This document shows, in pieces, positions 7,466-14,673 of a stretch of 45,605 nucleotides of DNA. A program made the position numbers and the translations under genes. Position 1 is the first letter of the stretch. Every line of letters starts with the position of its first letter. Origin of the DNA: a virus. The DNA lies in IMG/VR virus record IMGVR_UViG_3300045988_018139, one strand, 5' to 3'. The notes beneath the pieces were generated by a model that was not told where the DNA came from, made no database searches, and saw nothing but the letters and a program-made list of their open reading frames with translations.

Positions 7466-7717
7466 TTATGCCGCCGTGTATTGCTCCAGCAGCTTGACGG
7501 TCACCTCATCTGTCAGGATGTCCCCCAGCTTGCAGTCCAGGGCAAGGCAGAGTTTCAATAGTGTGGCCAGCTTGGCCCCGTTGAGGTCTTTCACGCCCTG
7601 CTCATAACACTGGAGCGTCCGCACATTGAGCCCGGCGGCACTGGCCAGTTGGGATTGGGACATCCCGGCGGCCAGACGGGCGTTTTGCAGTTTGCTGTTT
7701 TTCTTGGTGTCCATCAT
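7466..7717 (-). CDS. XRE-family (Cro/CI-type) HTH regulator
   Basis: HTH segment RLAAGMSQSQLASAAGLNVRTLQCYEQG is present. GGAGGTG lies 5 nt before the ATG at 7715-7717. The listed ATG at 7732 would be nearly leaderless. Confidence 0.8.
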   Translation of the reverse strand: MMDTKKNSKLQNARLAAGMSQSQLASAAGLNVRTLQCYEQGVKDLNGAKLATLLKLCLALDCKLGDILTDEVTVKLLEQYTAA

Positions 7718-7739
7718 GCTCACCTCCGCCATGCCCTTA

Positions 7740-7768
7740 TTATACTACTTTAGTTGTATAGTGTCAAT
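7740..7768 (-). promoter_or_regulatory. Consensus sigma70 promoter TTGACA-17-TATAAT driving 7466..7717
   Basis: Both hexamers are perfect on the minus strand: -35 at 7763-7768 and -10 at 7740-7745, with a 17-nt spacer. Confidence 0.7.
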
Positions 7769-7770
7769 AA

Positions 7771-7806
7771 AAAAATTTGAGCCCGGTGCAATCCGGGCTC
7801 TTTTCT
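7771..7806. terminator. Bidirectional terminator-like hairpin between the two XRE genes
   Basis: GAGCCCGG-tgcaat-CCGGGCTC (7780-7801) is flanked by an A7 run and TTTTC. Confidence 0.6.
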
Positions 7807-8102
7807 CAGTCATCGGCTTTGTGCTGCCGCAGCCGGTCTGCCAATTCCGCAAGGATGGCCACATCCCGCTCATCCAGGCCGGTCACGTTCACTGTATGCA
7901 GGGGCTCAACGCCCAGCAGGTAGTCCGTGGAAACGGAGAACAGCCGGGCCAGGTCCACCAGGGATGCCGGGGACGGTGTAGAAAGTCCCTGCTCCCAGGA
8001 GTTGACGCCGTTCCTGGTTATACTCAGCCGCCGGGCAAGGTCTGCTTGGGTCCAGCCCCGTGCCTGCCGGAGTTCTTTTATTCGTTCTGCTATCACCAGC
8101 AT
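7806..8102 (-). CDS. XRE-family HTH regulator with C-terminal extension (candidate repressor)
   Basis: HTH segment IKELRQARGWTQADLARRLSITRNGVNSWEQG is present. The start is ATG at 8100-8102 or the in-frame GTG 6 nt downstream, which is better spaced from GGAGG. The N-terminal 73 aa of the listed ORF are rejected. Confidence 0.75.
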   Translation of the reverse strand: MLVIAERIKELRQARGWTQADLARRLSITRNGVNSWEQGLSTPSPASLVDLARLFSVSTDYLLGVEPLHTVNVTGLDERDVAILAELADRLRQHKADD

Positions 8103-8118
8103 CACCTCCACAATGTAA

Positions 8119-8146
8119 ATTATAGTGTGCTCGTTTGACTTGTCAT
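8119..8146 (-). promoter_or_regulatory. Putative promoter ATGACA-16-TATAAT for 7806..8102
   Basis: Read on the minus strand. The -35 region overlaps the tandem TTGTCA/TGACAA repeats at 8134-8152. Confidence 0.5.
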
Positions 8147-8167
8147 TGTCACTTTGGGCTCCAATAC

Positions 8168-8196
8168 TTGACACAATGGTGGTGAAACCGTACAAT
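8168..8196 (+). promoter_or_regulatory. Putative promoter TTGACA-17-TACAAT for the plus-strand cassette, divergent from 8119-8146
   Basis: TTGACA is at 8168-8173 and TACAAT at 8191-8196, with a 17-nt spacer. AAGGAGG follows at 8206-8212. Confidence 0.55.
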
Positions 8197-8220
8197 GGAG
8201 ATGCAAAGGAGGCGGTGCCA

Positions 8221-8487
8221 TTGTTCACGGAGGATGAAAAGCGTTTCCTTGATGCGCTTGAGGCCGCTCTGGTGACGGCCAGAAAGAGCCCGGCGGTTAA
8301 TATTACCCGCATGGCAGACAAGGCGCTTTCCGTGCGTTCTCGACACGGCTATTTAGGTAAAATCAAGTTGCAGGGCCGGAAAACATGGATGCAGTACATG
8401 ACCAGCCTTTACAACGCAGAGGTGGCGGAAAACCGCCCGCTTGAGGAATACATCAAGCTCCTCAAGTATTGGGTGCGGGCCGCATGA
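8221..8487 (+). CDS. Hypothetical protein (about 88 aa), first gene of the plus-strand cassette
   Basis: The in-frame TTG at 8221 lies 8 nt after AAGGAGG. The listed ATGs at 8125 and 8176 lie upstream of or inside the predicted promoter and have no RBS. No family recognised. Confidence 0.5.
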   Translation: MFTEDEKRFLDALEAALVTARKSPAVNITRMADKALSVRSRHGYLGKIKLQGRKTWMQYMTSLYNAEVAENRPLEEYIKLLKYWVRAA

Positions 8488-8502
8488 CAGGAGGATTTTG
8501 AG

Positions 8503-8895
8503 ATGTTTGGCAAAAAGAAAAAGGAGCTCCCGGCGGGGGCCCGCATGATGCACTATGAGGGCTTGCGTGGATTTAACCAGGACAGCCCGTGTTTTATGGA
8601 GCAGACGGAGACCGGGCTGGTGTTCCGGCAGGTGAATGGCCCGGCAGCCACCTTGCCGCTGGAGAAATTGACGGGCCTGGAGCAGATGCCGGAGCGCAAT
8701 TTCATGGCCCGGTATCACGGCACAGCGGCCACCACGGCCCACGGGGCGGCGGTCAAGTGGTTTGCTGTGTTTCACTATACAGCCCAGGAGGGTGAGCGGA
8801 TGCTGGCCTTTTGGTACACAGAGCCCAAAACCGGCAACGCTCTCCGGGAGCTTGCGGCGCAGGTTGGAGCGTCTGCCCAGGACTACACCCTGTAA
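8503..8895 (+). CDS. Hypothetical protein (130 aa), possibly a small PH-like/beta-rich domain
   Basis: AGGAGG lies 8 nt before the ATG at 8503. No confident family assignment. Confidence 0.6.
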   Translation: MFGKKKKELPAGARMMHYEGLRGFNQDSPCFMEQTETGLVFRQVNGPAATLPLEKLTGLEQMPERNFMARYHGTAATTAHGAAVKWFAVFHYTAQEGERMLAFWYTEPKTGNALRELAAQVGASAQDYTL

Positions 8896-8902
8896 AAGAG
8901 CA

Positions 8903-8947
8903 TAAAAAAAAGAGCCGGAGAGGTGTGACCCTCTCCGGCTCTTTGCG
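8903..8947. terminator. Bidirectional rho-independent terminator between convergent genes
   Basis: A perfect 13-bp stem AGAGCCGGAGAGG-tgtgac-CCTCTCCGGCTCT (8911-8942) is preceded by A8 and followed by TTTGCGTT. Confidence 0.8.
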
Positions 8948-9262
8948 TTACTCGGTCTTTTTCTGGTCAAGCTGGGCAATGGCCTCTTTCAATTTATCAA
9001 AGCCGAACATGGCAGCATAGGCCACGAAAAAGCCCAGGACCACAGCGGCCACCACCATATACCAGACGATGGCAACGCCCTGGGTTTCGCAGTATGCGAA
9101 AAAGGCCACCAGGGTCAAGGCCATGGCGATGAGCACCGCCAGGATATTAGTGGGCAGCTTGTCCCAGGTGAGCTTTTTGAGCACCTGCACCACAATGTTG
9201 GTGACAATCACCAGGACGCCCACGATGCTGAGGATGACGGACCAGTCAAAGATGTTTTCCAT
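8948..9262 (-). CDS. Holin-like membrane protein (104 aa, about 3 TM segments)
   Basis: Three hydrophobic segments and a charged C-terminus. It sits immediately downstream of the endolysin. AAGGAGG RBS is present. Confidence 0.7.
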   Translation of the reverse strand: MENIFDWSVILSIVGVLVIVTNIVVQVLKKLTWDKLPTNILAVLIAMALTLVAFFAYCETQGVAIVWYMVVAAVVLGFFVAYAAMFGFDKLKEAIAQLDQKKTE

Positions 9263-9283
9263 GAGTTTTTCCTCCTTTTTCTG

Positions 9284-10321
9284 TTACCCCACCAGAGTGA
9301 GGTCTTTGCTGTTGACGGCGGCGGTCACCACGCCGTTCTGGCCGATAACCACACGGGAGCCGTCCACCTGCATGACGGTGTAGGTGCCGGTGTAGACGAA
9401 AGAGGCCAGGGAGCCGCCGGTGTAGGTCTTGGCCCCTTTGTTGACCTTGACCTTGGAGCCCACGGTGATGGCCCCCTCCACCTGGATGTCCGCAGCATCC
9501 ACCCAGCCGTAGACGGTGGAGCCGCCGCCGGTGACTTTGATGAGGTGATAGGGGTGCTTGGCGTTCTTGGCAATGGCCGTGACCTTGGCCTTGCCGGGCT
9601 TGCAAGCGGAGCCGTTGGTGGCGTTGGAGCTCACATAGTGCTTGGTGCCGGTAAAGGTCACGGTGTCACCCACAGCGGCCTCCAGGGCGCTCCCAGAGGC
9701 CGGGGTGTCTTGGGACCCGCCCCCGGTGTTTCCGCCCGTGGAGGCCCCCGTGTAGTCCACATAGGGCAGCTTGCCGTGCTTGGTCCACCGGCGGGTGTTG
9801 TAACCAGACTTGCTGCCGATGTTGCCGACGGCGGTGATTTGGACCTTGTTCTCCCACTTGGGGGTACACTCCACCGCCAGGCCGTCCCCAATGTAGATGC
9901 CAATATGGCCGGACATCCAGACGGCCTCACCGATGACCATATCAGCCCAGCCGGTGGTGCTCACCCCGGTGCATTTGGTTATCATGGTATCAGCGCCGAT
10001 GTCCGGCACGCCGTTGACGGCGTAGCTGGCCCCGCCGTAGGTCTTGGCGGCGTTGCCGTTCCAGCCCCAGAGGATGCCTTTGATGAGGCAGACGCAATCA
10101 AAGCCATACACGGGCGGGCTCTGGTTGGCGGCGGCCTTAATCATGGCCGTGCGGGTGGCATCTTTGTTGTAGGAGTGGTTGTTGCAGTAGCGGCTCACGT
10201 TGGAGCCAGTCAGAGGTGCCCCAAAGCACCCCATGACATACAGCGTCTTGTAGTTCTTGGCGATGTCCACGGCCTTGTTGACAAGCTCCTGGGCAGTCAT
10301 TTTGCTCATACTATGTACCAT
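9284..10321 (-). CDS. Endolysin: NlpC/P60-type cysteine peptidase with two C-terminal SH3-like wall-binding repeats
   Basis: Catalytic Cys context FDCVCLIKG and His context GHIGIYIGDG are present. Two repeats of about 65 aa (…VTFTGTKHYV…GWVDAADI; …VKVNKGAKTY…AAVNSKDL) follow. The start may be the second ATG at 10309. Confidence 0.75.
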   Translation of the reverse strand: MVHSMSKMTAQELVNKAVDIAKNYKTLYVMGCFGAPLTGSNVSRYCNNHSYNKDATRTAMIKAAANQSPPVYGFDCVCLIKGILWGWNGNAAKTYGGASYAVNGVPDIGADTMITKCTGVSTTGWADMVIGEAVWMSGHIGIYIGDGLAVECTPKWENKVQITAVGNIGSKSGYNTRRWTKHGKLPYVDYTGASTGGNTGGGSQDTPASGSALEAAVGDTVTFTGTKHYVSSNATNGSACKPGKAKVTAIAKNAKHPYHLIKVTGGGSTVYGWVDAADIQVEGAITVGSKVKVNKGAKTYTGGSLASFVYTGTYTVMQVDGSRVVIGQNGVVTAAVNSKDLTLVG

Positions 10322-10327
10322 CCTTTC

Positions 10328-10573
10328 TCAGTCTTTCAGCACGATTTCAGCGATGCGGACAGCGACATCCGCCCCATACTTATCCGCAAACTGCTTGAGA
10401 AACCGCTGGGCGTATTTGGCCCGGTTTTCGTTTTTGGCTTTCCAGAAATAGAAACCGCCCCAGGCCCCGTTGGTCAAAAGAGAGGCCCCGGCCAGGCCAG
10501 CCAGGGCCGTGACATCAAAGCCCAGATAATTGGTGACGATGGTGGCCACGCACAGCATGACGGAGATGGTCAC
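10328..10573 (-). CDS. Class-II holin-like protein (2 TM, charged C-terminus)
   Basis: Two hydrophobic helices are followed by KAKNENRAKYAQRF. It lies directly upstream of the endolysin. The start codon is uncertain (GTG at 10573 or ATG at 10558) and no clear RBS is seen. Confidence 0.55.
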   Translation of the reverse strand: MTISVMLCVATIVTNYLGFDVTALAGLAGASLLTNGAWGGFYFWKAKNENRAKYAQRFLKQFADKYGADVAVRIAEIVLKD

Positions 10574-10602
10574 ATGGGCCCAGAGCAGCTTTTTTGAGGT
10601 GT

Positions 10603-10680
10603 CTATTTTTCACGCCCTCCTTTCCAGTCCCTCCAGAGGATTTCAACCATGCCCAGCAGGGCCAGGAAAAACAGCCTCAT
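10603..10680 (-). CDS. Possible 25-aa membrane peptide (MRLFFLALLGMVEILWRDWKGGREK)
   Basis: It is not in the ORF track because it is too short. GAGG lies 8 nt upstream of the ATG at 10678-10680, and it fills the gap between two lysis-cassette genes. Confidence 0.3.
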   Translation of the reverse strand: MRLFFLALLGMVEILWRDWKGGREK

Positions 10681-10688
10681 GGCGGGCC

Positions 10689-11021
10689 TCAATAAATAGC
10701 GTGGATGCCCTGCACGGTCAAAAAATCTTTCTGCTCATGTTTGACCTTGCGGGCGTATTCCAGGGCGGCGTGCATGTCCCCGTTGCAATGGGCATCTGGG
10801 ATGCGCTGGACGGCCACGGCGGTGGCCTCCGCCAGCGCCAGCGCCGCCCTGGTGTTCTGTATCAGCAGGACCTCATTTTGTTCACGGGCGGCCTCCCGCT
10901 TGTCCTGCACGGCCTCCCGCTTGCTGATGCGCCGCTGGAGCAGCCAGAGCCCCAGGGAGGTGACAGCCGTGGGGATGCCCAGCAGAGTGAGCAGGCCGCC
11001 CAAAGATAGCTCAATAACCAT
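10689..11021 (-). CDS. N-terminally membrane-anchored protein (110 aa), lysis-cassette associated
   Basis: TM segment LSLGGLLTLLGIPTAVTSLGLWLL is followed by a helical region. AAGGAGG RBS is present. Confidence 0.6.
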   Translation of the reverse strand: MVIELSLGGLLTLLGIPTAVTSLGLWLLQRRISKREAVQDKREAAREQNEVLLIQNTRAALALAEATAVAVQRIPDAHCNGDMHAALEYARKVKHEQKDFLTVQGIHAIY

Positions 11022-11032
11022 GCGGTCCTCCT

Positions 11033-11491
11033 TTACTCGCTGGCCTCAGTCCAGCCATAGACGCCGGGCTCCCAGACATTGCCGTCAAGGTCAGAGGTCC
11101 AATGCTTGCTGTTATGGCTCACCTTGGCCCCTGCTGCATAGGCATCATGGGACCCCAGCGGCTGGCTCCAGGCGGGCCACTCCTCCGCAGGGTCACTGGT
11201 GATGGACCACAGGGAGGCGGCATTGGGCGGCTCCCATCCCGTCTGGGAGGTGTGGGCCTGCACGCAGCGGTAGAGCTTGCCCTCATACTGCCGGAGCTGG
11301 CCCACGGTGTAGTTGACATTGGCCGCCCATTCGGAAAAGAGGCTGGCTTGTTCGGATGCGGTAATGTCGTCAATGCTCCCGGCCTCTGCCAGCACCACAA
11401 AGGCGATGGCGGCGGCGTCATTGCGCTGCTGTTCGTAGCGCTGGGCCTCATGGAGTTCCTTGAGGCTGGTGGTCTTGGTCTTGATAGCCAT
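11033..11491 (-). CDS. Protein with two CBM5/12-like carbohydrate-binding repeats
   Basis: YTVGQLRQYEGKLYRCVQAHTSQTGWEPPNAASLW and AGAKVSHNSKHWTSDLDGNVWEPG resemble chitin-binding type-3/CBM5_12 repeats. A TAATG overlap links it to the upstream gene. Confidence 0.65.
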   Translation of the reverse strand: MAIKTKTTSLKELHEAQRYEQQRNDAAAIAFVVLAEAGSIDDITASEQASLFSEWAANVNYTVGQLRQYEGKLYRCVQAHTSQTGWEPPNAASLWSITSDPAEEWPAWSQPLGSHDAYAAGAKVSHNSKHWTSDLDGNVWEPGVYGWTEASE

Positions 11492-13299
11492 TACTGAAAA
11501 GCACCTCCGATGTTGGAAATGTAGCCGCCGGTGTTGCTGGACCCCCGGCTCACAGTGACCTTGAAATTAAAGGCAAAGCCGTTGGTGGCGGTCTGGTTGG
11601 TGAAAACGTGGTTGTTGCCGTTCTTCACGTCCTGGGTGGCGTCCTCCCAGACGGGCTCCGTGTCGTTGGCGTTGTTGGTCACCAGCACCTCCAGGTCAGC
11701 ATCCGCCGGGATGGAGCCCAGGATGTTGAGCACCATGACCGTGATGGTGTCATCGGCGTCCAGGGGCTCCGCCAGGGTGATGGAGGCCTCATAGACTGCC
11801 TTGGTAAAGGTCACGGTGTAGGGGGTGCTGTCCGCTTTGCCGTCATTGGCCACCACCTTGATGGTGTGCTGGCCGTTGAGAACCTTTTGCCAGTTGGCGG
11901 CGGTGACACACTGGACGGTGTTGCTCTGCTCCAGGGTGGCGGTATAGGTCCGCTTGAGCACGTCATCCAGATACTCTTTGACCGTCACGGTGTCCCCGTC
12001 TGCATCGTCCACGGAGTAGGTCAGGTCAAAGCCCTCCGTCTTGGTCCCCAAATCGGAGCCGGAGGCCGTGGAGCTGGTGATGGTGGGGAGGTTGTTGTTG
12101 TCAACCGTCCGGGTTTCGCTGGTCACATAGGAGCTGGTGGAGTTGTAGGTGTCGTAGGCCCGGACACGATAGGCCACCGTGTTCCACCCGGAGGTGATGG
12201 TGTCCGTGTAGGCCAGGCCGCTGCCCTTGTAAATCTGGGTCCAGGAGCCGCCGTCCACTTGCCGCTCCAGCTCATAGCCGCTGAGGTTGCCGTCACTGTC
12301 AGAGGCCTGGGTCCAGGAGATGGCCAGGTTGCTGCCGCCACGGACAACAGCGGGGACGGTGATGCTGCCGGGAGCGCCGGGGGCCCGGTTGTTCGTGACC
12401 GTCACGGTGCTGCTGGTACGCCAGCCGCTCTCAAGCCCGGCGCTGTCATAGGCCTTGACCCGGTAGGCCACGCTTTCTGTGCCAAAGGCCACGGTGTTGC
12501 TGGTGCTGGTGGCGCTGCCCTGGTAGATTTGGGACCAGGAGCCGCCGTCCGTCTGGCGCTCTACAATGTAGCCCTCAAGGTTGTCCTCAGCGTCCGTGGA
12601 GGCCGCCCAGCTCACTGTGATGCTGGTGCCGCCGTTGATGCTCTGGGGGACGGAAATGCTGGCGGGCGTAGACGGGGCGGTGTTCTGAAACACAGAGCCG
12701 TCATCGCTCACATAGAGGGAGGAGGGGAGAGTGAAAGCGGGGCGGGACCCGTCGGTGCCGGTGCAGTAGTTGTCGTAGATGTTGCCATTGGAGTACAGCC
12801 TCCAGGCGACGCCGGTGCTGTTCGTGTACGGGGAGCGGGTCCATTGAGTGGTGGCGCTGCCCCCTTGATAGGCGATTTGTAAAGTGGACGCAATGGGCAG
12901 GGCGGAGCCCTCCACGTTGGCGTAGGTGTGAGATTGCCCCAGCTCGGTGAGGGACAGCAGGAAAACAGCATCGGACCGGGTGGTGACGGTGTTGTTACCG
13001 TTGCCCGGCGTGTAGCGGTAGGTGGTGGTGCCCATCGCCTCCTGGATGTCGGCGTCCAGCAGCGCTTTATAGGTGCTGTTCAGCCAGGACCGCATGGTGC
13101 AGCTTGCCCAGGCGTTCACGTTGGAGCTGTGCCAGGCCCGCTGGTCATACACGTCCTTGCGGACCACCAGGGTCCTCCCGGCTCCGTTGAGCGATTGCTC
13201 ATAGTTGTGGCAGGCAACATAGAAGTCAACCAGCGTGCCGTTTTCTTTCAGCTTGATAATACTGCCGGTTGCCTTATTGCCCAGGGTGGTTGTGGCCAT
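11491..13299 (-). CDS. DGR target 1: fibre/receptor-binding-like protein (DUF6273/CLec-like variable domain, two FN3-like repeats, C-terminal domain)
   Basis: VR1 lies at codons 155-188. Two FN3-like repeats of about 95 aa follow (…ITVSWAASTDAEDNLEGYIVERQTDGGSW… and …LAISWTQASDSDGNLSGYELERQVDGGSW…). AAGGAGG RBS is present, and a TAATG overlap links it to the RT gene. Confidence 0.85.
   Translation of the reverse strand: MATTTLGNKATGSIIKLKENGTLVDFYVACHNYEQSLNGAGRTLVVRKDVYDQRAWHSSNVNAWASCTMRSWLNSTYKALLDADIQEAMGTTTYRYTPGNGNNTVTTRSDAVFLLSLTELGQSHTYANVEGSALPIASTLQIAYQGGSATTQWTRSPYTNSTGVAWRLYSNGNIYDNYCTGTDGSRPAFTLPSSLYVSDDGSVFQNTAPSTPASISVPQSINGGTSITVSWAASTDAEDNLEGYIVERQTDGGSWSQIYQGSATSTSNTVAFGTESVAYRVKAYDSAGLESGWRTSSTVTVTNNRAPGAPGSITVPAVVRGGSNLAISWTQASDSDGNLSGYELERQVDGGSWTQIYKGSGLAYTDTITSGWNTVAYRVRAYDTYNSTSSYVTSETRTVDNNNLPTITSSTASGSDLGTKTEGFDLTYSVDDADGDTVTVKEYLDDVLKRTYTATLEQSNTVQCVTAANWQKVLNGQHTIKVVANDGKADSTPYTVTFTKAVYEASITLAEPLDADDTITVMVLNILGSIPADADLEVLVTNNANDTEPVWEDATQDVKNGNNHVFTNQTATNGFAFNFKVTVSRGSSNTGGYISNIGGAFQ
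12736..12835 (-). repeat. DGR variable region 1 (VR1), matches TR 14574-14673
   Basis: Hand alignment covers 100 bp with 13 mismatches. All are at plus-strand T of TR, which is coding-strand A and mostly falls in AAC codons. Confidence 0.9.
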
Positions 13300-14327
13300 T
13301 AGATTTCCTCCTTTAGAATGTTCTGCACACGGTCCCGCACCTGCTGGCGCAGGGACCAGGTGTTGCCGTGAGCGGCGTGGGCGTCCCAGGCCTGCCAGCT
13401 TTGCAGGATTTTCTCACGGGTCACAAGGCCCGCTGGATAGTCCTGCTCCCACCGGCGGAGCTTGGAGCGCATACGCTTGATGCTGCTGTGCCGCAGCTTG
13501 CGGATGACCTTGCCCTCCTCGGTCAGATAGGTGTGAAAGCCCAGAAAATCAATCCCATTGCGGATGGGGAAAATCTGGGTTTTCTCATTGAGCTCCAGCC
13601 CCAGGCTGGCCATAAAGGCCCGGATTTCCTTGAGGCAAAATTGCAAGTAGGCCTTGTCCGGGTGGATGAGGAAAAAGTCATCCATGTAACGGCCATACCA
13701 GCGGATGCGGAGCTTTTCTTTGACAAAGTGGTCAAATTCATCCAGGAACAGCAGGGCAAAAAGCTGGCTGGTTTGATACCCCAGCGGCAGCCCGTCCGTG
13801 CTGTCTATGTAGGTACACAGCAGGTCATAGACAATGGGCTCAAGGTCCAGCTTTTTGAGCTTTTCCTTGAGCCGGTCATGGTCTATGGAGGCGAAAAAGT
13901 GCCGCACATCTGCCTTGAGGACCCAGCCCTCCGATGTGCGGTATTTGTTCCAGTATTCCGTGAAAAATCCACGCAGCCGGTCCAGGCCGAAGTGGAGCCC
14001 TTTGCCTTTCTGGGATGCGTAGTTGTCCAGGATGAAACTGTTGGTAATCCGCTCATAGATGAGGTTATCCACCAATGCGTGCTGGACCACTTTGTCAACA
14101 AAAGCCGGGGCCTGCACAAGCCTTTTCTTTGGCTCGTAGGCATAGAACACCCGGAACAGCCCCGGCCTGTAAATCTTGGTTTGCAGGATGTAGACCAGGT
14201 TGACGATGTTGGCCAGCAGGTGGACCTCATAGTGTGCGGTGGCGGCCCTGGAGCGCTTGCCCCGCCTGGCCGCCAAATAGGCCTTGTAGAGCACCGCAAA
14301 GGTGCATATCTGTGAAAATTTAAGCAC
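13299..14327 (-). CDS. DGR reverse transcriptase
   Basis: RT motifs are present, including RYMDDF (YxDD box) and the DGR-typical LPLGYQTSQ ([I/L]GxxxSQ). TR is immediately upstream and avd is adjacent. The listed start is GTG. Confidence 0.9.
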   Translation of the reverse strand: MLKFSQICTFAVLYKAYLAARRGKRSRAATAHYEVHLLANIVNLVYILQTKIYRPGLFRVFYAYEPKKRLVQAPAFVDKVVQHALVDNLIYERITNSFILDNYASQKGKGLHFGLDRLRGFFTEYWNKYRTSEGWVLKADVRHFFASIDHDRLKEKLKKLDLEPIVYDLLCTYIDSTDGLPLGYQTSQLFALLFLDEFDHFVKEKLRIRWYGRYMDDFFLIHPDKAYLQFCLKEIRAFMASLGLELNEKTQIFPIRNGIDFLGFHTYLTEEGKVIRKLRHSSIKRMRSKLRRWEQDYPAGLVTREKILQSWQAWDAHAAHGNTWSLRQQVRDRVQNILKEEI

Positions 14328-14573
14328 GGGTTTTGCACCCCTGAGAAAACATACGGGCGGCCCCCTGTCAGTCCGGCGGCGGGCCTCCCTCTCCTTGTGC
14401 GCCGTGTAGGTGCCGCAGGGACAGGACCAGTAGCACCCCGCCGCCTCATAGTGCGGTGGGGTGCATCAGCGCAATGTATTTGCCTTGAGCTCAAGGCTGG
14501 ATGTGACCTCCTTTGATGTGATGGATAGCGCTGCTTTCGGCTTTGGGCCTACTCGGTCGGGCCTTACCATCAG

Positions 14574-14673
14574 AGCGGGGCGGGACCCGTTGGTGTTGGT
14601 GCAGTTGTTGTTGTTGATGTTGCCATTGGAGTTCAGCCTCCAGGCGTTGTTGGTGTTGTTCGTGTTCGGGGAG
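14574..14673 (-). repeat. DGR template repeat (TR), non-coding
   Basis: On the minus strand it is rich in AAC triplets (…AACACGAACAACACCAACAAC…AACATCAACAACAACAAC…). It matches VR1 and VR2 except at adenines. It lies between avd and the RT. Confidence 0.9.

Noticed and set aside
6350-7475. Block-permuted similarity of the transposase flanks (TTTATG-TGCCG-CCAATC at 6350-6366 versus CCAATC-TGCCG-TTTATG at 7455-7471) as evidence of circle junctions or IS ends
   Set aside because: The blocks are only 5-6 nt each and are not inverted repeats. Part of each overlaps the stop-codon regions of two genes. This is too weak to interpret without comparative data.
13299-14327. RT as a retron, group II intron or defence-type (Abi/DRT) reverse transcriptase
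   Set aside because: The TR/VR pairs with adenine-only mismatches, the adjacent Avd-like gene and the [I/L]GxxxSQ motif point specifically to a DGR. There are no intron RNA domains, no maturase/endonuclease extension and no msr/msd-like repeats.
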